This document shows positions 49,300 to 63,570 of a stretch of DNA of 64,000 nt, piece by piece. The stretch is from Euprymna scolopes (taxonomy: Eukaryota), in NCBI GenBank assembly GCA_053919585.1, contig CM132783.1; one strand, given 5' to 3'. Every line of letters begins with the position of its first letter. The stretch's first letter is position 1. Below the pieces are notes generated by a model. The model was not told the origin of the DNA. It ran no database searches and saw nothing but the letters and a program-made list of their open reading frames with translations. The position numbers were made by a program, and so were the translations under genes.

Positions 49300-52200
49300 C
49301 AATTGTATAGTCAACAAGAGAAGGGAAAAATAACCAATTTCACAGAATAATATTCAGCTGAAAGCCTTCAACAAAGTGAAGTAGACGCTAGCGACAACAT
49401 CGTTACTCAAACATTCTGTTTTAGCCCAGCTGTCACTGGATGGTGATGCATTGGGCATAATTTTAGGTGTAGTATTGGAAAAAGCAACACAAAGAAAAAT
49501 TACACAGCCTTGCTTATATTTCGAGACAACTGAAACCAGCAAAACAACGTCAACGAAGGTTTGCCCGTGAACTACAGGCAATGTACCTCGTAGTGAAACA
49601 CTTTAAGCATTCACTCGCAGTCCTATTTGTGATCTACACTTGATAAGCCGAACAGATAATCCCATCGCAAAAACCTATTTGGATTTTTTCGCGGTTGACG
49701 ATCTCCGACATATATCAGGTGAACAGAATGCTTCTGCAGACGCCTTGTGCCTGCCGTCCTGTCCTCATCTTCAGATATCGATCTATAGCAAAGTGCTTGG
49801 ACACTCTAATCTGTCGCCATCTAAATTTGAAACTTGCAAATTCACATACCTGCTCGTCACCACTTCGGAGATGTAGATCATCTGTGACGCATAAACAGAT
49901 TCATCTTGAACTTCGGTTCCAAGGACTCATCGTAGGGCTGATAACCTACACAACCTGGCAGACTCTGGACACAAAGTACAGCTTGGCTACGGCTAGATTC
50001 TTCTGGCAAAATATTAAGCTTGACATTACTGTCTAGACATTTTCTTGCATATCCTGCTAACAATAAAAGCTGCGAAAGCATATCCGTGCACTATTTAGAA
50101 CATTCAGATCTTAAGGTGCTTGGTTCAGCCATATTCACATTGATCTGGTTATATTATGGCCGGTCCGTCGGGGATTTACTTTTTTTCTGACCTGCATAGA
50201 CCGTTTCACATGTTGGCTTGAAAGCATTCCTTTTGCAGACATTTCAGTTAAATCTGTAGCGTGAGCTCATATTAGATATCGATTTACGGAGTTTCCACTA
50301 TAATTACTACTGACCTTGACGTACACTTTTAAGCCTACTATTTCCAGGAACATTCCAGAATTTTAGAAATTAAACATATTCGCACAACAAGTTATCATCC
50401 TGCTTCTAACGGGATGAAAGAACGCTTCCATCGCCAATTTAATGAAACACTACTTAACTTATCCTGATCAGCAGCGATGCGATGAATAAGTATCTGTTGA
50501 TTTCTTACCTCGATAACGTTAAATGTTGACCGGGATACAGTTAACAACAACCAATTAAGCTCTGTTTTATTTATTACAGTTTCACCCCAAACAAGGCACA
50601 TTGCCACTGTGGAGTAGGGGGCTGCTTTAAGGGTCAGAAACTACTGGGGCACTAGGTTGGGATTTGGGCAGCAAGATGTCGGTTCACGTTACACTTGAAC
50701 TTCTGCATGTCAGTACAGTTGGAAAAGCAGGGATCTGGAATGGAATTCCAGAGTCTAGCGGTTCTGGGAAAGAAACTACTGGAGTAGAAAGATCTTTTAC
50801 ATCTAGGGATTTCTACTGTGTTGGGGTTGGATTTAGCTGCCTGTCGGGTTTGTCGAGGATGTCTACGTCGTGGAGGCACACGTGTCTGCAGTTCGCCAGA
50901 GCATTCACCATTAAAATACTTGTAGAACAGGCAGAGAGGTGCAACGTTTCGCCGATGGGACAGAGACTGAATCTTAGATGCCAATTCAGGGCCTATCAGA
51001 TTAGCGACTCTCTTTTGAACCTTGTCTAAGAGCGAGAGACTAGCAGCGGATGCACCAGCCCAAATGTGACAGCAATCCTCCATACATGGGCGAATGGTGG
51101 CCTTATAGAGGTACATGATACTTTCGAGTGTCAGTAGGTTTCTAGCACGGTAGAGAGAGGCGGGCCGGGCAATGTTTCCAATATAATTATTCCAAAACAT
51201 GTTTCCTGTGAACGTTAGGCCAAGGAGTTTGAAAGATGTACTCTCAGACAGGGAATCACTGGCCATTGCTATTGGTGGCATAGAAGGTTTCTTGTAATTA
51301 TTGAAGGAAACCAGTTTAGTCTTGGCAGCATTGAATGTGACCATCCATTTTTGTCCCCATTCCACTGCAGATTGGAGGTCATCATCTAATATTTTTTCCA
51401 TTTCTTTAGTTATGTGTTCATTTGTTTTCCTGTCCTGTTTTTATAGAGTTTGGTGTCGTCAGCATATATATCCAGAGGCAGTTTTGTCGGGGAGGTCATT
51501 AATAAATATTAGGAACAATAGAGGTCTAAAGGATAGACCCCTGTGGCACTCCCTCATTTATATCATATTGTTTAGATGTAGGACCGTCGATGACAACCTG
51601 GATTTTTCTTTTATCTAAGAAGGATTTAACAATGTTAAGTGTTCTACCAGTGATACCGTATGATTTAATTTTCTTGAGGAGACCTTCATGCCATACCCTG
51701 TCAAAAGACTTAGATATATCTAGAGCTACCGCTCTGTTCTCCCCCGCTTTGTCCAGTGAATGGTATATACGTTCAGAGATTATAGTGAGGATGTCTGCTG
51801 TGGACCGGGCTTGTCTAAATCCATATTGTTTGTCAGTCAGATGTATGACATCTGTAAGGTGACGGACTAGAGCATGGTAAATTATGGTCTCAAATATTTT
51901 GACGGAGAGTGGGATACTAAGAACTTATTTGAATAAGCTCCCACCGACGTGCCCTAGAGTACAGGCAATAAGTACTTCGCACAAACAAACTTTTCATCAT
52001 TGACCTAAGCAAGACCGTGACAATGTGAAATGAGTTTTTCTTGACGCAAAAACACAAGGCTCACACAATCCCCTTTTACATACACACAACGTCTACATTT
52101 ATCTAAACTGAACAATCTATCTGAAGATAATTACATCACCATCACATGCTGTGGTCGCGAGTACACTAGCCAAAGAGATTTTGCAAGACTCTGTGCATAC

Positions 52201-52560
52201 AAGAAAGAACATTGCTATAATTCCTGCCTTTATCCCCCTTTATCCCCGCCCCAATCCAGTTCCCTGGAAAATCATACCTTTTTCATCAGACAAGTCAGAA
52301 CATATTTTATGAAAAAAATGCTATAAATCGAATAGACCTTCCTATTTGCTATTACTTTGGTTCTTTTTGAACTGCTACTATTTCATATTTTTCTGTCTGC
52401 CTACCGCCTAAGACAAGGGTGATGTAGCAGTCACCTTAACATATAATTCTCTTGTAAATAAATCTTCCTTGTTGACTGATGCGACCATGCACTTACCAGT
52501 CAGCTACCAGAGCCAATTGATCCTTATTACCATTAAGAGACTATTTACCCTTGTAAGGAA
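49300..52560 (+). mobile_element. Ty3/Gypsy pol remnant (RNase H, integrase) with putative 3' LTR start, split by a LINE
   Basis: AMYLVVKHFKH, LRHISGEQNASADAL, ARFFWQNIK, FSHIHIDLV, LTCIDRFT, IKHIRTTSYHPASNGMKERFHRQ; purine tract AAGACAAGGGTGA followed by TGTAGC at 52423. Confidence 0.88.
50567..51900 (-). mobile_element. CR1/L2-group LINE family A nested in the Gypsy element
   Basis: ORF 50652-51401 (249 aa RT C-terminus); upstream QYGFRQARSTADIL and ALDISKSFDRVWHEGLL. Confidence 0.95.
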
Positions 52561-53499
52561 CGATTCATTGCCATCGGAGGAGTTCAGACCACTAAAGCCC
52601 TATGGCACGAGAACACTCAGGAGGATTCGATTCCTTTTCTTTCCTTCACCTCGAACCCAGTATTTCTATTTTCGTTGTTTTCCTTAAAAATAGGTGTTCT
52701 TTAATTATTTTGTGCTTCTGTGTTTATTAATCTGTTATAAGGGCGGTGCACTCACGCATTAAGACAATATAAAGATTCGACCGGAATTCGTTACTCATTA
52801 AAAGGCGAGTGGGCGGTTAAAAAATGATGCCGAACAATTCTCTCGTGAGTGAACTTCAGCGTTTTATCGAAAAAAAAATATTTGATAACTTAGTCGAAAT
52901 TTGCACTGATATTGCCTCGTTCAAGTCCCATTATTATGATGTGCGTAACAGGCTTAAAGGGGCTGTTATAATTTTGTAGCCCTAATGATAAAATTTCTGG
53001 CATTTATTGATTAATCGAAACGATGAAAATCGGCAATCGAACGCTCTAAAAATGCGAAGTTTTTGCTATTCAAATTATGTAAATGTAAGAATTCTCAAAG
53101 GCGATGCAATAATTAAATGATATGAAAATATTGTACAATCAAGATTATGTAACTTAGGCTCGTTTTTTTTCTGGGGAATGCTTGATTCGATCATCGAACT
53201 AACTTCATGATTCGAATATCTATCATTATAAATCAAATGCCGAGTCGTGAAGAAATTAATTATTAATGAAACACATTTTTACCGCATGTGTACAAATTCA
53301 CCCTTAGTCAAATAAAGATCAATTGAATTCTGACACAGTCCATAAAACTTGTCATGTATATAAAAGTATGCATTGCTTGCCTTTTGAAGTGTCAATAGCC
53401 CCTCTCGTTGTCTGTGCACAGTCAACTTCTTGAAAGTTGGGATAGATTTTACTGGTCATTATTCGGTAAAAACATAATATAAGGAAAGGATTCAGGCCT

Positions 53500-53780
53500 C
53501 ATAATTGAGATGCTTCCGAAGACTACTTAGCGTAAGTAAAATTATTCGGCCATGCAACAGGAGGAGAAAGGCTTGACAAAACAGTGCCCTAGGGAACAGT
53601 CAGAGAAGGAAGAAATAGAGGAAGACAGAAAAATAGATGGGAACACAACATCACGGATTGAAGCTAAGTAAACGTAAAGTGGATAGGGAAAGCTTAAGAG
53701 GACTTATCTTTAAAGCTTATATTAAGCGTCGTAACCCTAACCGTCACGGGGCAGGCAGATAAAAATACGAAGTGAAGTAG
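53500..53780 (+). mobile_element. RTE-clade LINE 3' fragment
   Basis: RCFRRLL, LFGHAT, GTVREGRNRGRQKNRWEHNI; GAAGT-repeat tail. Confidence 0.75.
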
Positions 53781-55065
53781 TCGGTAAAGCTAAATGTGCA
53801 CCTTGTTATTTTGTGTATGAATCTCATTGCAATGCACTTACTGTGTATTGCCATTATAGTTACTGTCTATTATGAGTACGCGATCATTTTTACTGGAATT
53901 TGTCAGGTTCATGAATTTGGTGAGCCTACACATGTTTGTTCGGGTAATGCCAACACCTTCTTAGCAGGAATAATAATGTTGTAAGAAGTATATGCTTCCA
54001 ATGAATTTAAGAAACGCTTCAGATCAACGACGATTGCTCACGTAAGTATTAATTTTAATTTTGCGTGACGCGAAAGTGCGTGAGGAAACAGGTTTAATAA
54101 GTCAATTGAAAGAACAAAGTAGAAATATTTCAATTTCTTCAATATCTTCATTATCATTTCAGATGTGAAAAAGGCTGTCAATAGTAGGGCCTTCACATAT
54201 AAAGATATTTCTGCAACGGGTCTAGATATTTTGCACCCAAATCATTACTTACAAACTGTTTATAACCGATAAATGGTTGATGACCTCTTTCCCGGTTCTC
54301 TTATTTTTGGAAAAAATGAAAAATATTTGTAGGGCATTATACTAAGACAATATCAGTATGCGAGATCGTTTGGGTAAATAGACAAAACAAACGAGACCAG
54401 TTGTGCATTACATGATGGTTGTCAGAAAAACTTTTCATAAAAATATTTGTATCCATTAGAAATTGTGAAAGTCTTGTTTGAATATATTGCATACACTGAA
54501 TTTATGAACCTGCAGGGTAGTATTTCTGTAGCATTTGTTCTGTAAAAACTGGGTGCAATTCCACAATGATATGTTGTGATGAAGTCAACAGATAATGTGA
54601 TTGGAGTTGATTGGTTTTATTCAGACTGTAGACTGTAATGATAAGGAATATGTTTGTATTACTTAAGTAGTAACACGATTAGCAGATATTTTCTTTTGTG
54701 AAATCAATAGAAACGCAAACATGATAAACAGTATTAAATCCTTGAAAAAAAATGTTGAATTGCTTAATAGTCATGGAAGCTTAAAAGTTTACCAGGATTT
54801 TTATTACGTAAGCAAATAATCATAAATACATAGGTGCCATTATTTACATATCTGAAGCTATTGGATTAGCCTTAGAACAAACTGGGATAATTTTTATAAA
54901 GCTTATGTATTGCAAAAAATGGAAGTAAAAGAAAGAAGAGAAAAACTAATAGTTACCTGGGTTTAGTACCTACATTCAGTGTTGTATGTTGAATATTCCC
55001 AGCGTAATATATACCGAACAAATATAACAGTAAAAACGGAAATTAATTTTATCTGAACATCTAGG

Positions 55066-55100
<35 letters not shown>

Positions 55101-57094
55101 AGGTAACCCCCCTCCCAAAAAAAAACAAAAGCTAAATAAAGGTCATCTAGAACATATGCTGTAGAACGGAGAAAAAAGGCCAAATACCCTAGTGTTTTTA
55201 TGTGCTGTTTTGAATATAATAAAGTAGTTATGACTAAAGTTTCATTTCATTCGGACAAAACACTAAGAAAACAGGACCTAATAAGAGTGTGTGTCCGTTT
55301 TTGGAGGTCAACCTGTATATGTGTGTGTGTGTGGGGGGGGTTTATTTGTGTGTGTGTGTGTGTGTGTTTGTGTAATTTATTCACATGGTACAAAAAGTCG
55401 ATTTTGAGGACTTAGTCCTACATTATTCAAGACGTGAGTAAGGGTATTCGTAGGTCTTATGTTATTAAATTACATGGCAATTAAGGTGGACAGAATCTTA
55501 CAAATTCCATTCCTGTAGAAGATCGTCAGGTTTGAACGCACGGAATTTGTATTACAGATTTCCTTTATATATTTATACACTTGGTTTTAATTTAATTAAC
55601 TTATCGACAAGATTCATTGCTAATCCCGTCCCCAGGTTAATGTATCCAATTGTTGGTCTTTTTCTACACAAAATCAGGTTGATGTGTACGTTCTGTTCTG
55701 TACTTCTTGTGTGTATAATGATGCACCCTTATTGCAAATAACTTGAATAAATATGTAAGTTTACTTCTACTTTTGTAAGATTACTTGGAGTGGCTTAATT
55801 TTAATTTTTTTTCTCATGCATAACTATGCTATGGTTAGGTTTATTCTGTGTATGTAGTTGTAAGAACTATATACTAAATAAAAGGGGAACATCTTTTATT
55901 GTTCAAGTCAAATATCGATAATAACGTCGTCCTTACCTTTCCATGTAATCTAATACTGCATAATGAAGTTCGAGCTTAAATGAAATTGTTATTTCATAAT
56001 CAAGTGGCTGGCAATGAGAAGTCACTGCTGTTAAGTAATGTTGGAACACAATTTTTTGGACTAACATTCTCACATTACAAGTGGGTTGGACGGCAAAAAA
56101 AACAGCCGTGCAAATATATGGACTAACAACGGCAAACCATTACTGACAATCTCATTTACTGCATTTCAAAAATGACTGTAAAGTCATAGCAGTGAAAATT
56201 AGCCGTTATTGTCCTTCCATGGATAAGGATACTATTACAGTGAATTTGACTTCGGAAAGTAGAAATTAATGTTGTGGTCCAGAAAACTACTAAGGAAGAC
56301 TCGGATTCGACTAAAGGTATTTTTTTGAGAAAAAACTAGAATGTACAGATCACAACATCTAAAGACCTTAACACCAAAATGGCGTACTACGAAGCATACA
56401 CCCCACCTAGAGAATGTATCTTTAGGTCTATTTGTACAGTTCAGAAAAGTCCATACTTGTGCATGACGGACTCCCTGCAATAATTACCTAGCTAACTTTT
56501 TTCTTTTTTACTTTTTTAATTTCTTCTAGATTTCGACAATTGGATTTGATAGATTTACATGAATAAGAAAATAATAGTTAGTTCCCTATCAGGTTAGCAT
56601 TTTGAGTTACGTTCATTTGCAAAAATCAAATACCGTGGACAATCGATTACATTTTGGGGGCATTATCAGCCCATTTTTGTCAATACATATTATCTTAAAT
56701 ATGTTTTTTTAAAAGAAATGTATTTTTCCAAAACATATAACATATATTGGTTACTTGATAGAACAAACGATTACTCCGTCCCAGCGACTCATATATCTAG
56801 TCTCCATTTTTATTCAGATTCTGGTGGAATTCTTCTATCAGATAATCACTCATTGAAACAGGTCAATATGTGAGAATAGATAGTAAATTTTCACGTTAAT
56901 GATGTAGTCTAGATTTCTTACAGAATTCAGCATGCTGCTGATACGTTCTGCGAAGTTCATGCCATTATTTCTCACTACCAGAACAATTGGCGTCCAATCT
57001 TTCAGTTCCAATTCGTTCATTGAATTTTCCTAATCTCAGATGAGCTGCCGGGCCGAAGTACCGTCAAAGATGCCAGTTTACAATTTATCCTTTC

Positions 57095-57160
57095 AATGTA
57101 TCCATGGGGCGTCTCCAATGAGATATCTGATGGTTTCCCAGTCGGCCTTTTTATAATATC
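57095..57160 (-). mobile_element. Family A internal fragment joined to the family B 3' end
   Basis: YYKKADWETIRYLIGDAPW matches family A YNKKVDWEANRDLIRDAPW (63016-63264). Confidence 0.75.
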
Positions 57161-59200
57161 CAGAGTTCCACAGACGTGCAGTTCTAAGAAAGAAGCTTTG
57201 TTCATGGTATCTACGTTTTGATTTAGGCACAGATAGGGAGTGGGGAAAATTGTTGACGGTGGTTTCAGCTAGTCGGGTGTTTTTTGAAAAAGATTGGCAA
57301 GAGGGGGCCAGAGAATGGAGCCCAGATGAGCACCTGCCATGGAAATAAAGATAGAACAATGACAGGCTCGCTACGTCTCTTCTGTGGGAAAGAGGTTGCA
57401 GGGTAGAGAAAGGGCATCCCCCACCAAGCCACGGAGTCTATTTTGTACTCTGTCAAGGCAAGATAAGCTGTTTTTAGCAGCCCCCGCCCAGATGTGGCAG
57501 CAGTACTCCATCTTTGGACGTACTTGGCTCTTATATAGATAGAGAATTGCATAATTAGTGAGATATCATCTGGAGCGGCAGAAGGATCCCACCATTTTCC
57601 CAGCAACATTGGCCACAGACTTGATGTATGTGTTCCATTTAATATCAGGTGTAAAGGTCAAACACAGGAGCTTATCAAAGCCTGGGGCCTCCCTTAGATG
57701 AGAGCCATCCATTTCAATCGATGCCAGATGGGGATCAGAGCGTTTATGATGTAGAGATAGGAGTTTGGTATTTGATGCATTAAAGGTAACCAGCCACGTC
57801 TTTCCCCACTGTACCACGCGCTCAAGATCAGAGGAAAGTGAATCAGAGAGCACATCATCATTTACAGCCTTTGATGTGTTGCCGGCGGTGTCATCAGCAT
57901 AGATGTCAACGAAAGATTTTAGTATGTGTTTTGGGAGATCATCGCTGTAGATCAGGAAGAGAGTTGGGCCCAGGATGGACCCCTGAGGGACTCCAGCATT
58001 AATATTGTGGGCCTCTGATTTTTACCTATCAACCACTACTCTTATGAACCTATCTTAGAGAAATGACTTAATGATAGAGAAAACATTTCCAGTTATACCG
58101 TAGCTGGAAATCTTGTATAGTAGGCCATTATGCCAAACCTTATCGAAGGCCTTTGATATGTCGAGAGCAATTGCCCTAGAAATGAAGCCTTTGTCGAGGG
58201 ATTCATTAATCCTACGAGATATAACCGTTAGCACATCTGCTGTAGATCTAGCAGAGTGGAAAGCATATTGCATGTAGCTAAGAAGGTTATTTCTGCTGAG
58301 GTGTTTGACTACTTCTTTATTTAATGTGGATTCCAGCAACTTACTCATGACACACAGGAGACTTATTGGTATGTACTGAGAGGGGGATGCCTTATCTCCT
58401 GAATTCTTTAATACGGGCATACTGATGAGGTTTTCCATGGTGTTGGGAAGCACTTCTCCTTAAGGCAACGCTTAAACAGTTTGGAAAGTATGGTGGCAAG
58501 TTCTGGTTGTATTTTTTTAACACTATAATTGGAATATCGTCGGGACCAGTTGCTTTACTGGAGTCAAGGTTCTTGATTAGCTTGGCGACCTCACGCACAG
58601 ATATTTGTATGTTGCATAGCGTGTTGTCTGTAATAGGAGGGAATATGGGGAGTCGATAGCCTTCGTCACACAGAGTAGAATTAGCCGCAAAGTTTTTGGC
58701 AAATAGTTTGGCCTTGTCGGATGCTGTCGAGATGACCGCTGGTCCATTGATAATGGTTGGGATAGAAGGCACGTTTTTGTTCAGGATCCTATTTGCCATT
58801 TTCCAGAACTGGTGGGAACTAAGCCGCTGCTCAGCTACTTTGGACTTAATGGATTGCGCATATAGTTCTCTTGCATTTTTTATTACTCTTATACAGTGGT
58901 TGCTGGCGGTTCTGAAAGCAGCTTTAGTTTCAGTGCATCTATTACGTTGGTAGTTATGGAAAAAGTGATTTGTGTGTGCGATGGAAGCAGCACATTCGGG
59001 TGAGAACCATGGCTGGCTGTTAGGTTTTTGTTGGAATTTTTTGGATGGTAACCATTCAGTCAGGTCTGATACTATAGAGGACACATCCTTTTTAAACATG
59101 GAATTGAGAGGGAGATCAGATATGAATGTACGGAAGCTATCCCAGTCCGCCATAGAGTATCGGTATACAGTACGGTGGAGAGGTACGTCTGTAGATTTAT
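57161..59200 (-). mobile_element. CR1/L2-group LINE family B, about 2 kb, 3' UTR missing
   Basis: ORFs 58392-59231 (KATGPDDIP), 58055-58453 (ALDISKAFDKVWH) and 57566-57853; PQGSILGP, IYADDT. Confidence 0.95.
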
Positions 59201-61005
59201 TATATTTCATTTTTATCTTTTTTGGATGCATTGGATGGAGTTTTTGGATGCATTGAACCAGATTCGTCTTTAATCATTCAAGCAATTTTTGTTAACCCGT
59301 GTTTGAGAACCCAGAGAATCCCCATTCAGTCCAGATCCTGTTAAGGACTAATTATCCCCCATAAAAAAGAACAGTTGTTGATTATTGCACAATTATCAAA
59401 GGATACATAGCCCCTGTCCCTTTATTGACGTAATAGTTTTCGACATCATTAAAATCGTATTTAAGCACGCATGATATTAGCAGTGCTTATCATCATATTC
59501 CCATAAAGCCCAAGAAATCTTATACGCCAATTAAATCCTGCGACCGTCTTTAGCAATTGTGTAGGATTGTTTTCGGCCTTACAAACGGAGTTGCAAGTTT
59601 TCAGAATGTAATAGACGAACGAAAACTTTGAACACGTTGAAGCATACATACAAAATATCACTATTTGCTTCTATAACGACGAAGATCAGGAACTAAGTTT
59701 CAAACGACTATGGCCAGCGAAACGAGGAAAAGTGTTTTTTTTCTATTTGAAAAGCTTAAATATACTTGGATACATAATCAGTAACGGTCAAATTGTTCTT
59801 TTATGAGCGAGTGTAAAACTGTATGTATACTTTGGCTTGGCGTGTTTTTCGTGCGTACGAATGTATACGGTCTTATCTATCTGCTGTCCACTGTATTTAT
59901 CGACGCTTGTATACATATATGCTGTTTTCAATAACAATTGCTTTCTCAGTGATTATAAAACAAATTTATTACACCTATTAGATAGCATCAGTTATGGAGA
60001 TAAAACGATGTAGATGGGGTCTATGGCGGGCGGTTTTTACCTCACTGATCTGACCTATAGTTGTGTTCAACACTTGTTTATATTTGGCGGACGTATTTGT
60101 TCTTTTGTTCAACGTTTCATGTCAGCACGTCGGTCAAATTCTGGGACGTATTTACATCAGATACCATTTTTTTATTATTTTATCGTTATTTCAAGCGTCG
60201 CTAGACTCACAAAACTCGGAACTTCCTAGGTCATTATCTATTTTTCAACAATTTATACATATATACATGGACTAAATGCAATTTTGCACCCCACGTCTCT
60301 CTTTAACCACACTCACTGGTACAAAACAAACAACTACAAACAAATAAAAAACAAACTATCAGCCATGTTCACATAATGAACTATAAAAATATTTCGACAG
60401 TTTGTAAAACACAGTAAAATAATTAATCAAATGATCTCAGTTTGCAGTTCAATGAAACATTTATTATCATTGAAACAGAAAACAAAACAGAAAAACAACA
60501 CGTCAATCTTAGTTTTTCTATAATGTAGTTTAAGAATCATAACTTTAATTTTATCATTTCAGTTCTATGAACACATATTTTTCCACTCCCAACGATATGT
60601 ATTTGTGTATATATTTGTCTTATACTTCAGGTGGAATCTGAGAGAGAGCGAGAGCGAGAGAGAGAGAGATAAAAAATGACGGCTATGGCTTTATAAAGTG
60701 TAGTCTCATCCCGCCGACTGCAAATAAAATGGAGTCAGGTTTTAAATAAAATGCCTGTTTGCAGAGGTGTTCATATTTAGATGATTAAAATATTACCTTC
60801 AATTATTGAATGACGATACAAAGACAACAGTTACAAAAATCGAGGATGTTCTTTATTTCATTTAACCGGTCGAATGATTTGGCGTCAGGAATTCATATTG
60901 GTTCTCTGAGGGGGCCCTCCTCTGACTATATCAGCTCTTTCCGAATGACTCTGCTGACTGCTTGAACATGACTGCCCGACTCTTCTAATCTGCTAATCCT
61001 TGTTC

Positions 61006-63570
61006 CTTTTTTTATTACATTTTCACCCCTAGCAAGGTGCATTGCCACTTAGATGGAGGGGGGCTACTATTAGGGACACAGGCTACAAGGCTACTAGGTG
61101 GGGAGTTGGGCAGAAAGATGTCGGTTCATGTTACACTTGAACTTCTGCATGTCGGTACAGTTGGAAAAGCAAGAACCTAACAGGGAGTTCCAAGGTCTAG
61201 CGGTTCTGGGCAAGAAACTACTGGAGTAGAAGGCTCTCTTACATCTAAGGATCTCTACTCTGAAGGGGTGGGATTGTATTGTTTGTCGGGTTTGTCGGGA
61301 GTATTTACGTAGAGGGGGTACGAGTGCTTGCAGCTTGTCGGAACCTACACCGTTAAAGTACTTGTGGAACAGGCAGAGGGATTCTCCCTGGCATCGATGG
61401 GACAGAGGCTGAAGCTTGGATGATAGTTAAGGACCTAGTAGGTTGGCGACTCTCTTTTGAACCTTGTCTAGGAGTGAGAGACTAGTAGCAGATGCACCGG
61501 CCCAAATATGAAAACAATACTCCATACATGGGCGAATGGTGGGTTTATAGACGTACATGATACTTTCAGTAGCTTCCTAGCACGGTAGAGAGAGCCTACT
61601 ATTTTCGCAGCGGTCCTGACAATGCTCTCAATGTAATTGTTCGACTCATGTTTTCTGTGAACCTTAGGCCGAGGAGGTTAAAAGATGTGTTTTCAGATAA
61701 AGAGTCTTTGGCTATTGCTATTGGTGGAAGAGAAAGTTTCTTGTAGTTATTGAAGGAAACAAGTTTAGTCTTGGCAGCATTAAATGTGACCATCCATTTT
61801 TGTTCTCATTTCACTACAGATTGGAGGTCATTCTCTAGTGTTTCTGCCATTTTTTTTAGATATGTGTTCATTTGTTTTCCTGTCGTGTCTGTTATAGAGC
61901 GCGGTGTCATCAGCATATATACCCATCTCACAAACATTTTTTTCAGGGAGGTCACTTATCAATATTAGAAATAATAAAGGTCCAAGGATAGACCCCTGAT
62001 GCACTCTCGCATTTATATCATATTGTTTAGATGTACGGCCATCGAGGACAACCTGGATCTTTCTCTTATCTAAGAAGGATTTAATTATATTAAGTATTCA
62101 TCTAGTGATACCGTATGATCTTATTTTCCTGAGCTCCATGCAATACCCTGTAAAAAGCCTTAGATATATCTAGAGCTACCGATCTACCCTCTCTTGCTTT
62201 GTCAAGTGAATGGTATATACGCTCAGAGATTACAGTTAGAATATATGCTGTGGAACGGACTTGCCTAAATCTATATTGTTGGTCAGTAAGAAGTTTAGTA
62301 TCTGTAAGGTGATGGACTAGAGCTTGGTTAATTATGGACTAAAATATTTTGGCAAAAAGTTGGAAAAGGCTCATGGGGCGATAATTTGCTGGGGCAGTTC
62401 TTTCGCCAGAGTGTTTGAAAACTGATACCACAGAAGCAGTTTTCCAGCAGGCAGAAAAGCAAGATCGATTAAGGCATTTGTTGTAAAGTTTGGAGAGGAT
62501 TGGAGCTACTTCGGCGGAGCACTTTTTAATAGCACAGCCGGGATGAGATCAGGTCCACATGCTTTTACAGTGTCAAGCTTTTTTATTATGACATGTACCT
62601 GAGAAGGGATGATTTTCAGATCGTCAAGCGTGGCATCTGTCCGCAAAAGAACGTCTGCGATAGGGTGGTTAGCAGGGTCTAGCGTAGAGTTGGAGGCAAA
62701 TCGACTGGCAAGCATGTTAGCCTTCTCGGTTTCTGAGCAAACAACGTTATGATTGTTGGATAGATGGGGACTTGTTGATTGCCCATTATTTACTACACTG
62801 TTGTAGATTTACCAGAAGTCACGGGTTCCTAAGTTCTAGGCTTCGATGCGTTTTTGGGTGGTTTCAGTAAATTCACTCTTAGCAGTCGCATTTTCTTTCT
62901 TACAGTTGCTTCTGGCTTATATATACTTCTGTCTGTTTGAACTGGCTTTATGTCAGTTAAATCATTCGTACGCATGCTGCCTTTGCGCGATGGCAGCTGC
63001 ACATGTGGAGGTAAACTATTGGGGAGAGTCGGGCTCGCTATAGAATTTTCGCGTGGGGACATATGCTTCAATTGCTGTTTTGAACCATCCAGTGGTCTCA
63101 TTAGCGCACTGTTCAACAGGAAGTGAAAAGATATTTCGCCATGGGGCGTCTCTAATGAGATCCCTGTTGGCTTCCCAGTCGACCTTTTTATTATATCTCG
63201 TTGTTTTGAGCAATGACTCTTCCATTTTGGCTCTAGAGTTTAGGGTGATTTTTACTGTTATCACTACATGATCAGCATTCCCAAGTCGGATGTGGGCGTC
63301 TGTAACTGTAAACTGTGGTCAGAAACAGATCTTATAGTGATGCGTGCTGCTCTTGCTGGTCAGGGAAACGGGTTGAAAACGTAACCGTCTGTGATAGGGA
63401 ATGAGATATAGAGAAGCTATGTGTTGTGGTACCAGCTTCGTCTGTGTAATTAGAGAATCCAATCCAGTTACTGTGGTAGACATTGAAGTCACCAAATACA
63501 TGAACTTCTGCACTAGTGTCGAGGGAAAGTCCCTATTATTGATAATTTTGCTATGATGCCAGATGGGCGG
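61006..63570 (-). mobile_element. CR1/L2-group LINE family A, longest copy (part of APE endonuclease, RT, 3' UTR)
   Basis: VHVFGDFNV, KACGPDLIP, ALDISKAF, QGSILGP, IYADDT, MEYCFHIWAGA and family 3' UTR; many stops. Confidence 0.95.

Larger units (their letters stand above)
7829..55098. repeat. Numerous (TA)n and (TG)n microsatellites (for example near 8017, 12422, 15501, 15958, 17744, 18903, 20874, 39307, 40800, 44693, 45122, 55069)
   Basis: Directly visible; they produce the YIYI ORFs in the track. Confidence 0.97.

Noticed and set aside
53908-54045. AG...GTAAGT bounded exon candidate
   Set aside because: Stops in all three plus-strand frames; a non-coding exon cannot be supported from sequence alone.
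57033-57070. HHR-like CAGATGA...GAAG...GTC
   Set aside because: Two core mismatches, weak stems, no second copy.
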